A DNA stretch of 64,000 bases from an uncultured delta proteobacterium (lineage in GTDB: Bacteria > Desulfobacterota > BSN033 > UBA1163), in assembly GCA_963827685.1 (NCBI GenBank), contig CAWHBU010000003.1, forward strand, positions 992,001 through 1,056,000, written 5' to 3'. This document shows, piece by piece, positions 59,960 to 64,000 of the stretch. The notes beneath the pieces were generated by a model. It did no database searches and was not told the DNA's origin. It was given only the letters and a program-made list of their open reading frames with translations. How positions within the stretch are numbered: the stretch's first letter is position 1; each line of letters begins with the position of its first letter. A program made the position numbers and the translations under genes.

Positions 59960-61531
59960 TTACAGGGGTCTCCAGGTCCGACCGTCCCTTCCGATCAACA
60001 AGTCTGCCTCCTTCGGCCCCGACGAACCCGCCGCGTAATTGGGGAATTTATCTATGGGCGTGGTAGATTGAAGACTTTCTATCACAGGAGTGAGCAAAGA
60101 CCATGTCTGTTCCACACCGTCTTCCCTTACGAACAACAATTGGTCATCATGCATGCAATTGAGCAACACCCATTCATAAGCATCCATCAAAACTTCCCTC
60201 TGATAGGAAAAATCCATCGAAATCGGATTTAAACAGATTTCCGAGCCGGGGTTCTTCGTCTGGAGGATGAGGTTCATCCCTTCGTCCGGGTGCACCCGGA
60301 GCACGAATGTGTTCGGTTCTATAAGTTCGTTTAAAGTGTTTACGAACATGAGATGTGGCACGGGTTTGAAGTGAATGGAAATTTCCGTCTTTCGTTTTGA
60401 AAGTCTTTTCCCCGACCGAAGATAGAAGGGGACGCCGTTCCAACGCCAATTATCGATCAATACCTTCATGGCCGCAAAAGTGGGGGTGATCGATGTCTTA
60501 GAGACGTCTGCCTCTTCTCTATAGCCGGGAACAGGTTTTTCATCCATTCCGCCTCTTCCGTACTGTCCGATCACCACGTACTCGTTCAAACGATCCAACG
60601 GAAAGGGTTTGATCGAGTTAAAAACCTTGATCTTTTCGTCCCTCACGGGTTCGGCCCCAAAGGCTACCGGTGGTTCCATGGCGGTCAGGGCGAGAAGTTG
60701 AAACATATGATTCTGGAACATATCCCTGACGACCCCGGCTTCCTCGTAATATCCTGCTCGCTGTTCAATACCCAATGTTTCTGAAGCGGTGATCTGGACG
60801 TGGTCGATATACCTTCGGTCCCACAACGGTTCGAAGATAGCGTTTGCAAATCGGAGCATGAGGATATTCTGGACGGTCTCCAAAGCCAGAAAGTGGTCAA
60901 TCCGGTAGACTTGCTTTTCCTGAAAAGAATCTCTGACAACCCGGTTGAGTCTTTTGGCTGAATCGAGGTCCCGGCCAAAGGGTTTTTCGATCACCACGTG
61001 GGTGTAACCCCTCCCTTCTTGCGAAAGGCCCGTCGCTCCTAAATTCAAAATAACATTCTCATAAAGGGTTGGGGGGATAGCCAAATAATAGATTCGATTT
61101 CCTCCCGTCTGGTGCTTTTTCTCGAGTTGAAGAAGTTTCTCTCTAAGAGTCCCAGCATAGGTTTCCTGAACGTTATAATCAATAGGGGAGTAATAAACTT
61201 TGTTAACGAGTTCGTTCCAAGAGGATTGATCGAAATCTTTTGGGAAGGCATCTTTCACCGCTGAAAGCATCTCTTCACGGAAGTGATCCGTACTCATCTC
61301 TGTACGGCTGGCACCAAGGATGAAGAATCTTTCTGGAAGGCATTGGTTTTTTTGGAGGCGGTAAAGGGAAGGAATGATTTTCCTTTTCGTCAGGTCTCCC
61401 GAAGCACCAAAAATGACGAGACCACATGGCCCTGGAATTTCGACAGCGCAAGGACCGGGCGTTCGGGACGTCGGCCCAGCCTTCATCTTGGCACCGGCTT
61501 CTTCAACCTTTTGATTGTTCTTCGAGCCCAT
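59960..61531 (-). CDS. zwf: Glucose-6-phosphate 1-dehydrogenase (atypical substrate motif)
   Basis: IFGASGDL, EKPFG, RIDHFLALE, RDMFQNH, WRWNGVPFYLRSGK. Confidence 0.92.
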   Translation of the reverse strand: MGSKNNQKVEEAGAKMKAGPTSRTPGPCAVEIPGPCGLVIFGASGDLTKRKIIPSLYRLQKNQCLPERFFILGASRTEMSTDHFREEMLSAVKDAFPKDFDQSSWNELVNKVYYSPIDYNVQETYAGTLREKLLQLEKKHQTGGNRIYYLAIPPTLYENVILNLGATGLSQEGRGYTHVVIEKPFGRDLDSAKRLNRVVRDSFQEKQVYRIDHFLALETVQNILMLRFANAIFEPLWDRRYIDHVQITASETLGIEQRAGYYEEAGVVRDMFQNHMFQLLALTAMEPPVAFGAEPVRDEKIKVFNSIKPFPLDRLNEYVVIGQYGRGGMDEKPVPGYREEADVSKTSITPTFAAMKVLIDNWRWNGVPFYLRSGKRLSKRKTEISIHFKPVPHLMFVNTLNELIEPNTFVLRVHPDEGMNLILQTKNPGSEICLNPISMDFSYQREVLMDAYEWVLLNCMHDDQLLFVREDGVEQTWSLLTPVIESLQSTTPIDKFPNYAAGSSGPKEADLLIGRDGRTWRPL

Positions 61532-61535
61532 TCTC

Positions 61536-62462
61536 TCACCTTACTCTGGGTTTCTTTTGACCCACCTTTAAAACGGCATGGCCGCCGAATTCCTGTCTGA
61601 GGGCGGCCAGAACTTTATCCGAAAAGGAATCTGTCTCACGGGAGCGGAATCGTTGGAAAAGCGAAGAGGCAATGACAGGAGCCGGGACAGCCGTATCGAT
61701 GGCCTGTTGAACTGTCCAGCGTCCTTCACCGGAATCTTCAACATAACCTGAAATGGACGAGAGACTTTTATCTTTCTTAAATGCAGCCTCTGCAAGCTCA
61801 AGAAGCCATGACCTTACCACACTGCCCTGGTTCCAAAGGTGGGCGATCTTCGCAAAATTCAGATCCTTTCCGTAAGGCGATGCCTTTATAATTTCAAAAC
61901 CCTCCCCATAGGCAGCCATCATGCCGTATTCGATCCCATTATGAACCATCTTTACAAAGTGTCCTGCCCCTGTTCCTCCGCAGTAAAGATATCCCTCCCT
62001 CGGGGCAAGGGTCTTGAATATGGGTTCGAGGTGCTTGTAGATTTTCTGGTCTCCTCCAACCATTAAGCAGTAGCCGATTTTGAGTCCCCAGATGCCTCCG
62101 CTCACGCCGGCATCCATGTACTGAATTCCATAGGCGCTGAGTTCCTGCTCATGACGAATATCATCTTTGTAATAACTATTTCCCCCATCGACAACAATAT
62201 CGCCCTTTTCAAGCAGGCCTCGGAGCTCCTTGATCTGCTCATCTACCGGTCTGCCTGCGGGAAGCATTAACCAGACGATTCGTGGAGGGTTAAGTTTATT
62301 AACCAGTTCTTCGAGCGAAAAAGCTCCTCTCGCACCTTCTTTGATGATCTCTTTGACACGATCTGGTGTGCGGTTATAGGCAATGACCTTTTGGCCTCCC
62401 TTGAGCAACCGTCTCACCATATTCATCCCCATCCGTCCTAAGCCTATCATCCCAATCTGCAT
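61536..62462 (-). CDS. gnd: 6-phosphogluconate dehydrogenase (decarboxylating, short type)
   Basis: GLGRMG, DGGNS, GVSGG, KMVHNGIEYG, DSGEGRW, FGGH. Confidence 0.95.
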   Translation of the reverse strand: MQIGMIGLGRMGMNMVRRLLKGGQKVIAYNRTPDRVKEIIKEGARGAFSLEELVNKLNPPRIVWLMLPAGRPVDEQIKELRGLLEKGDIVVDGGNSYYKDDIRHEQELSAYGIQYMDAGVSGGIWGLKIGYCLMVGGDQKIYKHLEPIFKTLAPREGYLYCGGTGAGHFVKMVHNGIEYGMMAAYGEGFEIIKASPYGKDLNFAKIAHLWNQGSVVRSWLLELAEAAFKKDKSLSSISGYVEDSGEGRWTVQQAIDTAVPAPVIASSLFQRFRSRETDSFSDKVLAALRQEFGGHAVLKVGQKKPRVR

Positions 62463-62489
62463 AAATCCTCCATGCTAAAGGGTTAAGCG

Positions 62490-62586
62490 AGTCTAGGATT
62501 CGGGGGTTCAAGGGAATGACGAAAAGCTGGGAGTCGACCTTGGAGCAGAAAAACTTGAACCCTCGACCCCTCGAATCCTTGAATCT
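62490..62586. repeat. Octamer-like repeat palindrome (GGATTCGG/GGGTTCAA ... TTGAACCC/TCGACCCC/TCGAATCC)
   Basis: Related half-element at 32540-32586. Confidence 0.55.
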
Positions 62587-62598
62587 TCTGCAAAACCC

Positions 62599-63738
62599 TT
62601 ACCGCGATAAAAATAAGTCCCTTTTCTTAGCGATTTCCTTTAAAAGGGAAAAGAATGAATCGGAAAAAAGCTGAACCCCCTCACGTTCCAGCTGGTCAGT
62701 CACATCGTTGATATCTATCCCAATCGACTTGAGTTCATCGAATAATCTCTCCGCCTCTTCAAGATGGCCGTTGATCGTTATCTTCGCCTGGCCATGGTCC
62801 TTGAAAGCCTTGAGGGTGGTTTCAATCATGGTGTTGATACTGTCAGGGGCAATTAACTCCTCCACATATTTAATATCGCTATACTTCGGGTTTTTTGTTC
62901 CTGTGCTCCCCCATAATATTCTTTGGGTGCGGCCACCTTTCTCTTTCAAGGTGAGAAAACGTTTCCCAGAAAAAATGGTCTTATATTTTTTATAAGCGAT
63001 TTTTGCATTGGCGACGGCTGCCTTTCCAAAAAGATTCGCCATTTTATCTTTTTCCCCCATTGAGGTTGCCGAGGAAAGCCGAGCTTCAAGAAGTTTATCT
63101 GCAAGCGTATCCACCCTGCTGACGAAGAAACTTGCCACGGAGGCGATGTCATTGATGGGTTGTCCTTGCCTCGATCTTCTTTCGAGCCCCTTGAGATAAG
63201 CCTCTGCTACTTCCTCATAACGCTCTGTCGAAAAGAGAAGCGTTACATTGACATTGACCCCTTCACTCGTCAGTTGTTCAATCGCAGGAAGCCCCTGTTT
63301 CGTCCCAGGGACTTTGACCAGTATGTTTTTTTTCCCGATGGTTGAAAACAGGCGCCTCGCTTCTGAAATGGTTGCAGGGGTGTCGTAGGCAAGATCGGGA
63401 GACACTTCGATGCTGACAAATCCATCTAGCCCGTTCGTTGACTGGTAAGTGGGCCATAGGATATCTGCCGCATGGGAGACATCTTCAATGGCTAAGCCAA
63501 GGAAAATTTCCTTTTCATCCTGAATCCCCTTATCCAGCATCCTTCGCATGGAAGCGTCGTAATCAAGGCTCCCGGAGATGGCTTTCTGGAAAATAGTTGG
63601 ATTGGAAGTGATCCCACTCATACCGTCTTCATCGATCAAACGCTTGAGTTCGCCCGAGTGGATGAGTTTTCTGCTCAGGTTGTCAAGCCAAATACTCTGC
63701 CCGAGTTCTTTAAGACCGATTAAAGGATTCTTTGGCAT
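62599..63738 (-). CDS. tal: Transaldolase (long type)
   Basis: GQSIWLD, GITSNPTIF, VSIEVSP, VKVPGT, NVTLLFS, SFFVSRVD. Confidence 0.95.
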   Translation of the reverse strand: MPKNPLIGLKELGQSIWLDNLSRKLIHSGELKRLIDEDGMSGITSNPTIFQKAISGSLDYDASMRRMLDKGIQDEKEIFLGLAIEDVSHAADILWPTYQSTNGLDGFVSIEVSPDLAYDTPATISEARRLFSTIGKKNILVKVPGTKQGLPAIEQLTSEGVNVNVTLLFSTERYEEVAEAYLKGLERRSRQGQPINDIASVASFFVSRVDTLADKLLEARLSSATSMGEKDKMANLFGKAAVANAKIAYKKYKTIFSGKRFLTLKEKGGRTQRILWGSTGTKNPKYSDIKYVEELIAPDSINTMIETTLKAFKDHGQAKITINGHLEEAERLFDELKSIGIDINDVTDQLEREGVQLFSDSFFSLLKEIAKKRDLFLSR

Positions 63739-64000
63739 CGCTCACCTCCTCGTTGGTCTTCACCTTTTCTTTGAAGAATTCTCTCTCTATTTCACCGATC
63801 TTGCCGAGTCGACAACGGTGCCTTTCAGCCCCTGAAAATGAAGCAGATAACCAAACCTTGACAATATCTTTGGCGAGTTCAGGTCCTATCACTCTCGCCC
63901 CAAGGCAAAGGACATTCATGTCGTCATCCTCAACCCCTTGGTGGGCTGAAAAGGTATCATGACAGATAGCAGCACGGATGCCTGGAAACTTATTTGCTGC
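63710..64000 (-). CDS. rpiB: Ribose-5-phosphate isomerase B (5' part outside the window)
   Basis: AANKFPGIRAAICHDTFSAHQGVEDDDMNVLCLGARVIG...RH. Confidence 0.92.
   Translation of the reverse strand, partial: AANKFPGIRAAICHDTFSAHQGVEDDDMNVLCLGARVIGPELAKDIVKVWLSASFSGAERHRCRLGKIGEIEREFFKEKVKTNEEVSDAKESFNRS

Noticed and set aside
1-64000. tRNA (including selC), rRNA or riboswitch
   Set aside because: No cloverleaf, rRNA or recognisable aptamer was found by eye; an Infernal/tRNAscan run would be needed to exclude them.

Overview
A 64-kb chromosomal window of moderate GC, probably from an anaerobic Desulfobacterota-like ('deltaproteobacterial') bacterium; the taxon is inferred from protein style, not proven. 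Most genes are housekeeping, stress or transport functions: SemiSWEET, pirin, SlyD, CDF, MFS, MATE, a MacAB-like exporter, pal-ybgF, catalase with a PerR-like regulator, and an rpiB-tal-gnd-zwf-pgl pentose-phosphate operon. Main points of interest: (1) a mycothiol-like biosynthesis cluster at about 35.9-41.1 kb (MshA-like glycosyltransferase, MshD-like tandem GNAT, PIG-L deacetylase, phosphatase, FemAB/CelD-like GNAT) with no mshC in the window, a candidate pathway for a new low-molecular-weight thiol or sugar conjugate; (2) two selenoproteins that the ORF track splits or truncates, an OsmC-like protein (47575-48045) and an AhpC/TSA-like UxxC protein (53890-54381), each with a SECIS-like hairpin; (3) a decayed accessory island at about 17.8-29 kb with defence-like genes, attC-like sites, a truncated ISLre2-like transposase, a DNA polymerase A remnant and repeated junction sequences; (4) many nested miniature palindromic elements, with both filled and empty alleles visible; (5) an apparently intact IS30 element, a group II intron 3' remnant, and four genes with single-base lesions. 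No rRNA, tRNA or CRISPR array was recognised.
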